Part shown: one piece after another, positions 1 to 11,869 of the stretch
Layout: every line of letters begins with the position of its first letter
Numbering within the stretch: the stretch's first letter is position 1
NCBI RefSeq assembly: GCF_963921235.1
Contig: NC_086097.1
Location: 47,308,001 to 47,368,000 of the forward strand
DNA: 60,000 nucleotides
Reading direction: 5' to 3'
Source: Mobula hypostoma
Taxonomy: Eukaryota
The notes under the pieces: model-generated
What the model saw: only the letters and a program-made list of their open reading frames with translations
Databases searched by the model: none
What the model was told of the DNA's origin: nothing
Made by a program: the position numbers and the translations under genes

Positions 1-390
1 GAATCTGATTGAAATGTATAAAATTCTAAAGGGATTGGACAGGCTAGATGCAGGAAGATTGTTCCCGATGTTGGGGAAGTCCAGAACGAGGGGTCACAGT
101 TTGAGGATAAAGGGGAAGCCTTTTAGGACCGAGATTAGGAAAAACTTCTTCACACAGAGAGTGGTGAATCTGTGGAATTCTCTGCCACAGGAAACAGTTG
201 AGGCCAGTTCATTGGCTATATTTAAGAGGGAGTTAGATATGGCCCTTGTGGCTAAAGGGATCAGGGGGTATGGAGGGAAGGCTGGTGCAGGGTTCTGAGT
301 TGGATGATCAGCCATGATCATACTGAATGGCGGTGCAGGCTCGAAGGGCCAAATGGCCTACTCCTGCACCTATTTTCTATGTTTCTATGT
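1..390 (+). mobile_element. CR1-clade LINE, 3' end (ORF2 C-terminus and 3' UTR)
   Basis: ORF 14..298 reads ...TRGHSLRIKG..FFTQRVVNLWNSLP, the CR1 ORF2 C-terminus; ends in a TTTCTATG tandem tail at ~375-390. Confidence 0.9.
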
Positions 391-394
391 TTAC

Positions 395-790
395 ATGTCG
401 TTTAAATGCTCTAATTGTACTCGTCTCTACCATTTCCTGTGGCGGCTTGTTCCACGTGCCCACCATCCTCTGTGTGAGAGGTGGACCTTGCCTCTAAGAT
501 TCTCTAAATCTTTCCCTGCTCAACTTAAACCTATGCCCACAAGTTTTAGCCTTCTCTGACCTGGTTAAAAAGACCAACCATTCACCTTACCTATGCCTCT
601 CAAAATTACCCCTCAGCCTTCTACACTCTATAGAAAAATGCCACAGCTTATTAAGACTCTCCTTATAGTTCAGACCAGTAACACCCTCATGAATCTTTTC
701 TACACCCTTTCAAGCATAAGGACACCTTTCCTCTAACCAAGAACTGCACACATTACAACAATACCTTGTACAACTGGTATTTAAAAGCCA
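395..790 (-). mobile_element. degenerate CR1 fragment
   Basis: Reverse-strand resemblance to CR1 3' ORF2/UTR (caccatcctctgtgtga, aacttaaacctatgccc, gaactgcacac). Confidence 0.6.
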
Positions 791-805
791 AACTGCTGAA
801 GGCAA

Positions 806-960
806 AGTCAGTGTAAATTTATTATCAAATATGGCTATGTCACCATATAATACCTTGAGATACATTTTCTTGCAGGCATTTATAGGAAAATAAGGAAATT
901 CAATTGTTTATGGAAAAACTATACGAACAAAGGCTAACAAATAAATAATGTGCAACCTGA
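806..960 (-). mobile_element. Rex1/L2-type LINE 3' tail remnant
   Basis: tttattatcaa...gtcaccatata..ccttgagat..attttcttgcaggca block recurs at ~3820 and ~44530, the latter attached to Rex1 ORF remnants. Confidence 0.5.
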
Positions 961-1004
961 TGGTGTGCGACCTAAGGTTTCACTGCTCCACTGCAAAGTC
1001 TCCA

Positions 1005-1550
1005 TGAGGGATACCAACCCTGAAGAAGTTTAAATCTTCCCTTCGTCAGGAGTTCAGTGAAACCCTCTCTCACTGCTCCTCCACTGTAATCTCTGCTGCT
1101 CTCTGACTTTTCGACCATCTGTTCACCCAGACCTGTTACCGCAGCAACGTATCCTTCCTGGGAGCCAGTCTTCTCCACCATCTTGCGATGAATATTGATT
1201 TTTTTTTCCTCTGTTGAACAAAATGTCCCCCCTCTGCCTCCTCTATTCCTCACTCTGACCTTTAACTACTTCTCACCTGCTTATCACCTCCCCATGGCTC
1301 TCCTCCTCTCCTTTCTCCTGTTGTCCACTCTTCTCTGCTAGCAGATTCTTTTTTCCCCAGCCCTTGACCTTCCCCAGCCCTTGACCTTTCCCACCCACCT
1401 GGCTTCACCTATTACCTTCCAGATAGCCTTTCTCCTCTCCCCACCTTTTAATTCAGGGATCTTTTTCACCCCCCCCCCGCCCCCAGTCCCAATGAAGGGC
1501 CTCGGCCCGAAAATTTGACTGATTACTCCTTTCCGTAGATGCTGCCTGAC
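1005..1550 (+). mobile_element. Penelope-like element remnant with degenerate hammerhead terminus
   Basis: Pyrimidine-rich 3' region ending cagtcccaatgaagggcctcggcccgaaaatttgactg...gatgctgcctgac, homologous to the other PLE termini in the window. Confidence 0.6.
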
Positions 1551-1826
1551 AGTCAGACAGAGGGACAATAGCCTTGCTACTCTCAATTTTGTCTGCCAAA
1601 TAATGAGTTTGAAGGAATGTCGGTCCATCAGACAAGAGAGTCGTAGCTAGTCACAGGGAGGAGATTTCCTTGTCCATTTTCTCTTTTTCTGCAGTAGGAT
1701 ATGATATGTCTATAATGTTAGTTAAGTGGCTTGGTTCATGTGCTGTTGCTTCAGTAACCATTGGAACCTCTCTACCAATTTACAGGCAACTTCCCTAATA
1801 TGTGTACTGAGTATTTTACATGGTCA

Positions 1827-2616
1827 CACACATAAAAGTTGCTGGTGAATGCAGCAGGCCAGGCAGCATCTCTAGGAAGAGGTGCAGTCGACGTTTCAGG
1901 CCGAGATCCTTCGTCAGGACTAACTGAAGGAAGAGTGAGTAAGGGATTTGAAAGTTGGAGGGGGAGGGGGAGATCCAAAATGATAGGAGAAGACAGGAGG
2001 GGGAGGGATGGAGCCAAGAGCTGGACAGGTGATAGGCAAAAGGGATACGAGAGGATCATGGGACAGGAGGTCCGGGAAGAAAGACGGGGGGGGGGGACCC
2101 AGAGGATGGGCAAGGGGTATATTCAGAGGGAGAAAAAGGAGAGTGAGAGAAAGAATGTGTGTATAAAAATAAGTAACAGATGGGGTATGAGGGGGAGGGG
2201 GAGGTGGGGCATTAGCGGAAGTTAGAGAAGTCGATGTTCATGCCATCAGGTTGGAGGCTACCCATACGGAATATAAGGTGTTGTTCCTCCAACCTGAGTG
2301 TGGCTTCATCTTTACAGTAGAGGAGGCCGTGGATAGACATGTCAGAATGGGAATGGGATGTGGAATTAAAATGTGTGGCCACTGGGAGATCCTGCTTTCT
2401 CTGGCGGACAGAGCGTAGATGTTCAGCAAAGCGGTCTCCCAGTCTGCATCGGGTCTCGCCAATATATAAAAGGCCACATCGGGAGCACCGGACGCAGTAT
2501 ATCACCCCAGTCGACTCACAGGTGAAGTGATGCCTCACCTGGAAGGACTGTTTGGGGCCCTGAATGGTGGTGAGGGAGGAAGTGTAAGGGCATGTGTAGC
2601 ACTTGTTCTGCTTAGC
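1827..2616 (-). mobile_element. 5'-truncated Penelope-like element (GIY-YIG endonuclease end plus terminal repeat)
   Basis: ORF 2212..2538 has GVIYCVRCSRCGLLYIGET..RL..RF.EH (GIY-YIG); flanked by 11-bp TSD TTACATGGTCA at 1816-1826 and 2617-2627. Confidence 0.9.
1885..1922 (-). ncRNA. minimal type I hammerhead ribozyme, intact core
   Basis: Minus strand: tagtc-CTGACGA-agg atctcgg cct-GAAA-c-GTC-gactg; stem I agtc/gact, stem II agg/cct, self-complementary ACGT stem III, GUC cleavage triplet. Confidence 0.75.
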
Positions 2617-2861
2617 TTACATGGTCAGCTGGATTTTCCATGTTTGACTGAATTGAGTACATTTTTTTTGTCCTGTTAGATGTCCAGTTTTCATATAAGT
2701 TTTCCCAGGGCATTAAAAAGTAAACCACATTTTTTTGATTTAGGGTGGAGGCATGAAGACCAGAATAGCTAAGAGCAGCAAAATTCTATCCCTAAGGTAC
2801 ATTCGTGAAACAGTTGCCTTTTATGGCAATTTAATTGATTGGCGACTATCACTGCTGATAT

Positions 2862-3006
2862 CCAGACCTGAGGAAGGGTCCCGGCCTGAAGCGTCAACTG
2901 TTTACTCTTTTCCATAGATGCTGCCTGACCTGCTGAGTTCGTCCACCATTTCGTGTATGTTGCTTTGGATTTTCAGAATCTGCAAAGTTTCTCGTGTTTG
3001 TAATTT
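2862..3006 (+). mobile_element. 145-bp PLE-derived mini element starting at a degenerate hammerhead
   Basis: ccagacCTGAGGAagggtcccggcctGAAGcGTCaactg followed by the PLE terminus; 11-bp TSD ACTGCTGATAT at 2851-2861 and 3007-3017. Confidence 0.8.
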
Positions 3007-3594
3007 ACTGCTGATATTAGTTGTTTAAAATGTTACTCAACTAACTTAATTTAAATTCGAAGTCTGGCAACGTTACCAACAACAGACCATTCCTATCCAA
3101 TAAGCTTAAAGCATCTTATGCAAGTTTTGAACAGGAGGGGATTGGAATGTCACCACCCACCCCCTCCAGTGCACCTGAACCCATCGTCTTCATTGCCGAT
3201 GTAAATCAGTCTTCCAGAGAGTGAACTCACAGAATTCATCAGGGCCTGGGCAACCTCCCTGGCCATACCTTAGATAGATTTGATCCTTATGCAGATCAGC
3301 TGGTGATATTTGCAGACTTTTTTAACCTTATCCTGCTTCAGTCTGTAGTATCCACCTGCTTTATGAAGACAACTATCATCCCAGTATCTAAGGAAAAACA
3401 AGGTAACATGCCTTAATGACTATTGCCTTGTGACTTTGATATCCACTGTCACAAAATATTTTGAAACACTGGTTATGGATCACATTAAGTTCAGCTCCCA
3501 AACAAACTTGATGCACTACAATTTGTCCACTGTCGAAACAGCTCTACAGATGCTACCTCCCTGGTCTCTCTACGTATCTGGACATGCAAAACAC

Positions 3595-4485
3595 TTGCAC
3601 TGTGTGGCCACTTTACTATGTATATCTAATCAGCCAAAATCATGTGACAGTAATTCAATACATAAAAGCATTACAAACATGGTCAAGGTTCGGTAGTTGT
3701 TCAGAACAAGGAAGAAATTTGATTTAAGTGACGTTCAAGTGTGCAGAAAGGCGACAGTAACAAAGAACTACACATTGCAACACTGGTGTGCAGAAGAGCA
3801 TCTCTAAATTTTAAAGTACATTTATTATCACAGTATGTATACTATATACAGCCTTGAGATTCGTCCTTTTGCAGGCAGCCACACAACAAGGACTGTTAAG
3901 CAGCTGATCTGCAGAGAAAAGAACAAATTATGCAAGCAGTAAATAAGTAACACACACAACATGAACCGCAGAGTACCTGAAAGTGAGTCCACAGACATGA
4001 AACCAGTTCAGCGCTGACGTAAGTAAGCCTTACTGAGTACTGAGGTGAACACCAGTTGTCCTTTTCCCTTGGCTCTGACGCCCCAATCTAGCTTGGCGCT
4101 TTGCTGTCGGGCCTGGGAGCCGCCGCTTCCCTGTCCCAAGTCCATCCCCAAAATGGCGGCAGCTGCGCCCTCAAGAGTCCAGTCTGCTGATTTCCCTAGG
4201 ACACTGCAAAAGTGTCTGGTCATATAGACAGCTCAAAAGCACAACTTCCAAAGGGAAACCACAGACTGTCGATGGCAGTGACCATAGTCCAGAAAATGTG
4301 TAATTAATACAATACTTAGTACTTTTGCTTGCTGCCTGCAAAGCTTCACTGTGTCTCACCAGTGCCACCTTTTACAGGTTTTATCTTAGTGGATGGGCTA
4401 CAGCAGCAGAAGACCATGAACATACAGAAATACACTCAGTGGCCACTTTGTTAGGTACCCCCTATACCTAATAAAGTGGCTCCCA
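3595..4485 (+). mobile_element. Tc1/mariner-like non-autonomous remnant (two pieces: ~3595-3807 and ~4385-4485)
   Basis: tggccacttta start, ctaatcagccaa..catgtg, and terminal acactcagtggccactttgttaggtac / tacctaataaagtggc inverted motif typical of fish Tc1 MITEs. Confidence 0.55.
3808..4380 (-). mobile_element. non-autonomous retroelement with Rex1-type tail inserted in the Tc1 remnant
   Basis: Tail block matches 806-960 and ~44530; GC-richer body splits the Tc1 remnant. Confidence 0.4.
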
Positions 4486-6779
4486 GGTGCATGTTAATCT
4501 ATTGATGACAGCTCCACCTTCAATACTATTAAGTCCAAGCAACCTTATCTCCAAACTCCTAAACCTGAGTCTCAACACCTACTTTTGTATCTGGATCCTT
4601 GACTTCCTAATCAAAAGATTGGTCAGTCACGAAGAACAGGTAGCAACACCTTCACCACAATTATCCTCAACACTGGTGCCCCAGGAGGCTACCTCCCAGC
4701 TCCCTAATCTACTCCCCATATATTCACAATTACGTGGCTAGATGCTGCTCTAGTTCCATCTACAAGTTTGCAAATTATACCACCATATTAGGATGTATCT
4801 TAAGTAAATGACTCAGAGTACATGAAGGAGATTAGAGAGCCTAGTGACATGTTGTCATAACAACAACCTTTCCCTCATTATATACAAAACCAATGAACTG
4901 GTCATTGACTTCAGAAAAGGGGCAGTGCACATGCTCCTGTCTGTATCAACTGTGTTGAGGTTGAGAGTTTCTAAGGTCGTAAGAAGATAGTTGTCTGTCC
5001 TGGTCCAACCATGTTGATGCCATAGCCAAGAAACCTCACTGTTGCCTCTACTTCCTCAGGAGGCTAAAGAAATTTGGCGTGTCCCCTTTGACCCTCACCA
5101 AGTTTTATCAGTGCTCCATATGGAGCCATGATGCATCCTCTTTGCATGCATCGTGGCTTGGTATGGCAACTGCTCTGCTTTTTGTCTGCAAGAAACTGCA
5201 GAGTGGTGAGCACAGCTCAGCACATCACGGAAACAAGCCCTACCTCTGCAGACTCTGGCTATACAGTACTTTGATTATACTGGCTTCATTAAAGCAGAGA
5301 GCATAATTAAAGACACCACCCACCCCAAACGTTACCCTTTCGCCCATCCTCATATGAGGCGGAAAATACATAAGTCTGAAGCCACATACCTCTAGGCTCA
5401 AAGACCCTCTTCCCCAATGACCATTGAATGCTGCTCTAGTATGATGAGATGGACTCTTGGCCTCAGTCTACCTTGTTATGACCTTGCGCCTTATTGCCAA
5501 CCCATATAGCTCTTTCTCTTAACTACAACAGTGTATTCTGCACATTTATTGTTTTACCATGTACTACCTCAATGCACTGTTGTAATGAATTGATCTGTAT
5601 GTACAGTATGAGAGACTTTATTGCACCTTTGACAATAATAAAGCAGTTATAATTTACCAAATTCCTTCCTCAGTTGGTGGATTATGAATTTATGATCCAG
5701 AAGCCTGGACTGAGGACACTTGAGTGGTTCTTTTATGTTTAAAATAGAACATGGTGGTAGTCGTGTTTGAGGAAATGGAGACACAGATGGTGGCACCGTG
5801 TTTTTTTTTTCAGTTTCCACTGCGTCTGCTGAGGAACCATGTGGTCAATTTATCTGAAATTCTAAAATCCCTGGAAAAGCTAAAAGCTATTTAAAAAAAA
5901 CATGTTTATTTGATTCTAAGAATTATTCAGCAAAATATTTTCTGCTGTTGACAATTATGCAGAATCATTTGCATTGAGATAGTCATCACAGCAGAGCAGT
6001 CTCAAATGTTAACATTGGATTTTGCAGTCTTGGAAGTCTTGCTAGATCAAATGAAAACTTTTAAATTGCATCTTTAATTAATTTGATATATGCATAATGC
6101 ATGAGTATTATTAAACAGCTCTGATATAAATGTTAATGTGCATATTAACTAAATTCCTCTCAAAAGGAGTGTATATTTGGGGGAGAAATAGATGGTTTTT
6201 TTTGGAATTTTCTGTAGCAATTTATATTCATCATACTTTAGTACAATATGGTGGATTAGAACAGTTTCTGTTGAACCAAAGAAGATCAATCTTGTACTCT
6301 GCATCTAAATTATGGCAGCATAATAAATCATCTGTCATAACTCCAGTGATATCTATACATAGACATTGCTTCAACTTGCTGTACCAAAGTTCACATAGTT
6401 AATGATTGCTATATCATCAGCTTGAAATGCCTATCTCTTATGTAGATGATTTATTTGCAGTAATAACCAGCAAATTAGACTTTCCTGGAAGAGATCTAAA
6501 ATAAAAGACTGATAAGCTAAATATAGAAGAAATAGAATTTATAAATTAAACTAGAATGAGGTTGGTTTTGTTAGGGTCTACAACTCGTTATATAATGTAC
6601 TCGGCAATCATATGATTGTCATATCTGTATTTTCTCCATCTGCTTATATCTTTTTGTAAATGATTGGTTAATAATGGCATGGGTAGAAAAAGGAGATGAA
6701 GTGTTGCAACATGATTTGGTGAGCTAAGTTGCATTCTCAAGTTCAAGTTTCATTGCCATTTACCCATGAATACAGCATA

Positions 6780-7260
6780 CTGGCCTGGTTTTTCCCAGTC
6801 CACTTTCATGTTAAAATCCCCAACGATTAACATGACAGTGCCCGTCTGACACACCTTTTCCATCTCCTGCTGTAATTTGTAATCCACATCCCAGCTGCTG
6901 TTTGGAGGCCTGTATACAACTGCCATTAGGGTCCTTTTACCCTTGTCATTTCTTAACTCAACCCACAGGGACTCTACACCTTCCGATCCTATGTCATCCC
7001 TTTCTACCAACTAACCCATCTTTCGGATACACAGTATATCCTTGGATGTTCAGCTCCCAAGGGCAGCCATTCTTTAGCCAAGTTTCAGAGATGGCCACAA
7101 CGTCATACTTGCCAATCTGTAGATGAATTTCAAGATCGTCCATTTTATTTATGCTGCGTGCATTCAAATATAACATTTTCAATCCAGTATTTGTTGCTCT
7201 CTGTTTTAACTGCCCTACGCCTCTATTGCCCTGTAACTCATCCCACTGGCCTGTGAGTAT
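6780..7260 (-). mobile_element. CR1 fragment (APE endonuclease region)
   Basis: LYLNARSI, AISETWL, ESLWVELRN, YRPPNS, GDFN motifs; same subfamily as 49147-49644. Confidence 0.9.
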
Positions 7261-7329
7261 GCCTCATCTCCTACCTGTCCTTTCATCTCTGTTGAACTCT
7301 ACCTTTGATTTATTTGTTTTCCCCTTTCA

Positions 7330-7880
7330 CAATTTCAATGTGAAAGGACAGGAACTGGCAAAACTGGTTGGAGAGCAGCTACTTGCATGTAACTGTGTGT
7401 GCAATCAGTGGGAGTCATTCAATGAAATGCTCCCAGACCAGGATAACTTGTGTATTAAGGGCGTCAAAATGAAAGAACTATGGCTGTTAAGGGGGAAGAA
7501 AGAAAAACCAAGGTCATTTAGGGCAAGTATGGAGAACTGGAAATGGGAGAGGCTGTCCAGAAGTGTGAGGTGGTTGGGGGAGTAAGTTCAAACAGCAAAT
7601 AGGAAGCAAAGTCATAAAGTGACATTGTTGATGAGATCCCAAAGTATCTGAGTAGCATATTAAATGCAAGAGGCAACAGGAAAAGAGTAGGGAGAAAAGT
7701 GGCAATCTGCACGATGCTCAGGAAGATAGGTGAGGCTGTAATCATTGGCGTAACTGTGGAGAAGGGGATTATAACCAAGGAATTCAAAGAAAGGCACAGT
7801 GGGATTGCAGAAAAAAGGAAGGCATTGTAGATATCTTAGTGGGCTGACAGTGGATGTCTGCAAGGCTGGTCAAATGTATT
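7330..7880 (+). mobile_element. old degenerate CR1 fragment
   Basis: Patchy similarity to the CR1 ORF2 region between EN and RT. Confidence 0.5.
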
Positions 7881-7982
7881 GCATGTTCCTATGGAAGGCA
7901 AGGGAGGACATGGGGAGATTACTAAAGCCAGGTGATTGCTGACTGGTAAATTAACATAATTGTTAGGGAAACTGTGTGTGTG

Positions 7983-9822
7983 GTGAGGTCTATTATCCAG
8001 AAAGTAGCGGAGGGCTTTGAGGCCTTCATGGGGAATGGAGGTGTATAGGGATTGGACATCCAATTTTGAGATTTGCCTCAAAGCCCTTCGCTACTTTCTG
8101 GATGGATGTCCAATCTCTATACACCTCCATTCCCCATGAAGAAGGCCTCAAAGCCCTCCGCTACTTTCTGGACAATAGACCTCACCAGTTCCCCACCACC
8201 ACTACCCTCCTCTGGTTGGTGGAACTGGTTCTCACACTCAATAACTTCTCTTTTGGCTCTTCCCATTTTCTTCAGGCCAAGTGTGTAGCTATGGGAACTC
8301 GCATGGGCCCTAGCTATTCCTGCCTCTTTGTTGATTATGTGGAACAGTCTGTGCTCCAAACCTATTCTGGTATTGTTCCCCAACTTTTCCTTCGGTACAT
8401 TGACGACTACATTGGTGCTGCTTCCTGCACCCATGCTGAGCGCGTCAATTTCATTGACTTTACTTCTAACTTCCACCCAGCCCTCAAATTCACTTGGTCT
8501 ATCTCGGACACATCTCTCCCCTTTCTCGATCTCTTGGTCTCCATCTCTGGAGACAGACTGTCCACTGACATCTTCTACAAGCCCACTGACTCTCATAACT
8601 ACCTCAACTATACCTCTTCCCACCCCGCCACATGCAAAAATGCCATTCCCTATTCCCAGTTCCTCCGACTCTGCCGCATCTGCTCCGAGGATGAGATTTT
8701 CCATCCCAGGACATCTCAAATGTCCTCTTTCTTTAAGGATTGTGTTTTCCCTTCTGCTGTCATCAATGATGCCCTCACCCGCATCTCCTCCATTTCCCGC
8801 ACTTCGGCTCTCACCCCATCCTCCCGTCACCACAACAGGGACAGAGTTCCCCTTGTCCTTACCTACCAGCCTACTAGCCTCCGGATCCAACACATTATCC
8901 TCCGCAACTTCCGCCACCTTCAACAGGACCCCACCACTAAGCACATCTTTCCCTCTCCGCCTTCCGCAGGGATCGGTCCCTCCGCGATTCCCTGGTCCAC
9001 ACGTCCCTCCCCACGGATCTCCCACATGGCACTTATCCCTGTAAGCGTAAGTGCTACACCTGCCCCTACACCTCCTCTCTCGCCACCATTCAGGGCCCCA
9101 AACAGTCCTTCCAGTTGAGGCAACACTTCACTTGTGAGTCTGTTGGGGTCATCTATTGCATCCAGTGCTCCCGGTGCGGCCTCCTCTACATTGGTGAAAC
9201 CCGACGCAGATTGGGGACTGCTTCGTCGAGCACCTCTGCTCCATCTGCCAAAACAGACAGGATCTCCCAGTAGCCACCCACTTCAACTCTGCTTCCCACT
9301 CCCATTCAGATATGTCCATACATGGCCTCGTCTACTGCCATGATGAGGCTAAACTCAGGTTGGAGGAGCAACACCTCATATACCATCTAAGTAGTCTCCA
9401 GCCCCTTGGTACGAACATAGAATTCTCCAACTTCCAGTAATTCCCTTCCCCTATCCCTATGTCTCTCTGCCCCCTCCCCCAGCTGCCTACCACCTCCCTC
9501 ATGGTCCCGCCTCCTTCTACTACCCATTGTGTTTTCCCCTATTCTTTCTTCACCTTTCCTGCCTATCCCCTCCCTGCCTCCCTTTCCCCACCCCTTTATC
9601 TTTCCCCTTACTGGTTTTTCACCTGGAACCTTCCAGCCTTCTCCTTCCCACCCTCCCCCCACCTTCTTTATAGGGCCTCTGCCCCTTCCCCCTACAGTCC
9701 TGACAAAGGGTTCCGGCCCAAAATGTCGACCGATCTTTTCCACGGATGCTGCCCGACCTGCTGAGTTCCTCCAGCGTGTTGAGTGTTGCTTTGACCCCAG
9801 CATCTGCAGAGTATTTTGTGTT
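7983..9822 (+). mobile_element. 5'-truncated Penelope-like element with inverted 5' segment
   Basis: RT and GIY-YIG remnants, then a degenerate hammerhead at 9695-9732 and the terminus; 7983-8062 is an inverted copy of ~8102-8186. Confidence 0.92.
8102..9440 (+). pseudogene. PLE reverse transcriptase-GIY-YIG ORF, disrupted
   Basis: MDVQSLYTSIPH, AMGTRMGPSY, FLRYIDD, DIFYKPTDSH motifs; frameshifted GIY-YIG (VIYCIQCSRCGLLYIGET) from ~9147. Confidence 0.9.
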
Positions 9823-10470
9823 ATAGGTAGACCAATGGTGGATGGAATTCAATCTGGAAAAATGGTGTAATGCATTTTGGGTTGACTAATAAGGCTAGGA
9901 TATACACAATGGATGTTTTGACTGCTGGAAATACTGAGGATAGAGGACCCTTGGTGTACGAGTCCAAAGATCCTGAATGTGGCAGCATAGGTACATAATG
10001 TGATTGTGAGAAGCACAAGGGATACTCTCTTTCATTAGCCACAGCATAGTGGACATGAACACGAGGGTTTGAGACAACTAATTAAAACATTAGTCAGGCT
10101 ACAGCTGGAGTACGGGGTGCAATTATGGTCACCCATAGTAGGAAGGGCATGATTACACTTGAGAGGGGGCAGAGGTTCACTCATGTGGCCTCTAATGGAG
10201 CCTTTCAACAATGAAGAGGCATTGGAAAGGCTTAGGATACATTTAAGATAAGAGGGGAGATCAAGGGGGGATTTGAGGAAGAAATCTGCTCAACTTTGGG
10301 GGAGGTGGAGGCTAATCTTCTTACATTTGAGAAGTATTTAGATGAGCCCGTGAAACACTGAGCATAGCAGGCTGCGTGCCGAATGCTGGAAATGGAATAG
10401 TATCATAGGTATTTGTTGACTGGCACAAGGTGGGGTAAATAACCTCTGTCCAAGCTGTTTGACAGTGCAT
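9823..10470 (+). mobile_element. degenerate CR1 3' fragment
   Basis: atggaattcaatctggaaaa..tgcattttgg, ctggagtacggggtgcaatta and CR1-like 3' UTR. Confidence 0.65.
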
Positions 10471-10989
10471 TTTAATGCATATATTGACTACTGTGAGCAA
10501 ACCTAGAAACTGTAGGTTGGCTATCAACATTCTACAGAAAATTCAAATTAACCTTCATAGTTTGGGAGCATCCAATTGTTGTTTGTAAAATGTTAATGTC
10601 AGTAAATTAAGAACAGCATTTTGGTTATTTATATAAATAAATTATATAATCGTTATGAAATCAAATGATTTTAAGTTGGGTTATTTTCACTTGAGCAGAA
10701 TATATTTTGCACAACTGTTTTCGTACCTTTTGTAAGCAGAGTTTACTAGGTGTAGCCACTTGACTCATTACCTTAACTGGTAACTGTTTAAATGTTGTCA
10801 AGCCAACTTAGTTTACAATAACACAGGAGTTGCCAGGAATTCATTTTACATCTTGTGATTAAAGTTGTAATTTAAACTTTTCTATTAAATGTTCCTTACT
10901 TCCCCAATCACCCCAATAACAAAGGAAACTTTCAAAGGTGATGTTTTAAATGCCACAGTATTATGTTTTACAGTACCATTATTTTTATT

Positions 10990-11430
10990 CCAGTTTGCCA
11001 ATGCCTTTTTCACCCTACCTACTTGAGGTGCTGCTTCCAGTGAACTCTGCGTTTGTACTCTGATCTGTGACACTCTCCAGCATCCTTTTATTTACTGTAC
11101 AAGCTTTACAGTTCTTTTATCTCCCTAAGCGCAATACCTCACCAATTATTTGGATTAAAAACCGTTTGCCAGTCCTCAGCCCACATACCTAACTGATCAA
11201 GATCCTCCTCCTGAGCCTCAGAGCTGGTCACAGTACCATTGACCTGGTTACTGCCTCTGTACCTAAAAAGGTCATTCTCCCCTAGCAGTACCCAAAGGGG
11301 TGTACTCTTTCTGATGGCCATAAAGAGATCCTGCACTGTCTGTCTCTTTCCCTTGCTTCTCCTGTTGGTTGCTCAGCTATTTTCAGCTTGCACCTCAGGT
11401 GTGACCACCTCACCAAAACTCTAGTTCCTT
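10990..11430 (-). mobile_element. degenerate CR1 fragments
   Basis: DLDQLGMWAEDWQTVFNP in ORF 11139..11336; SSLEAAPQVGRVKKA in ORF 10885..11073. Confidence 0.6.
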
Positions 11431-11534
11431 GGGCTCAGTCAGTGTTTAGCATTACTGTGAAATGAGTCACATATGGCTAAGTCAAATAGTACCTGCATTT
11501 TCATATATGACCAAGGATCTTTTCATTCATTTAC

Positions 11535-11760
11535 AGGACGACGGTGGATGTTTTGGACCAAAACCCTTCCTGAGGACTGGGGGGTGGGGTGGGGGGGAGA
11601 GGAAACGGGCCAGAATAAAAAGGTGGTGGAGGGGAAAGAGGCTAGTTGGAAAGTGATAGATGAAGCCAGGTGGGTGGGAAAGATCGAGGGCTGGAGAAGA
11701 AAGAATCTGATAGGAGAGGAGAATGGACACAGGAGAATGTGGGGATATGGCCTGTGAGCC
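11535..11760 (-). mobile_element. PLE 3' remnant with degenerate hammerhead
   Basis: Reverse complement of the 1380-1520 type block, including cccttcctgaggactgg. Confidence 0.6.
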
Positions 11761-11869
11761 AAGGGAGCAGTAACCCAAAATAGTTTGTGAACCACTGATC
11801 TAGATTCTATGGTGACTCATCATTCCCCTCATTGGGATTCTTTGACATGTACAGAAATGAGCAACTTGT

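Larger units (their letters stand above)
3070..5650 (+). mobile_element. Rex1/Babar-type LINE, decayed RT, interrupted at ~3595-4485
   Basis: Fragmented translation resembles ADQL..F.D.FNL.LLQSVV.TCF.KTTIIPV.K, LNDY..V.L.STV.K.FE.LV, IYKFA..TT, KKA...LYFLRRLKKFG. Confidence 0.8.

Noticed and set aside
8117..9044. Long overlapping ORFs (302 aa minus, 238 aa plus)
   Set aside because: Shadow frames of the C-rich PLE RT coding sequence; no independent motifs.
9695..9732. Active hammerhead (also copies at ~1485, 2863, 11545, 19023, 33322, 59519)
   Set aside because: Core positions are mutated (e.g. CTGACAA, AAAA or GAAG for GAAA, GTT triplet), so these copies are probably inactive.
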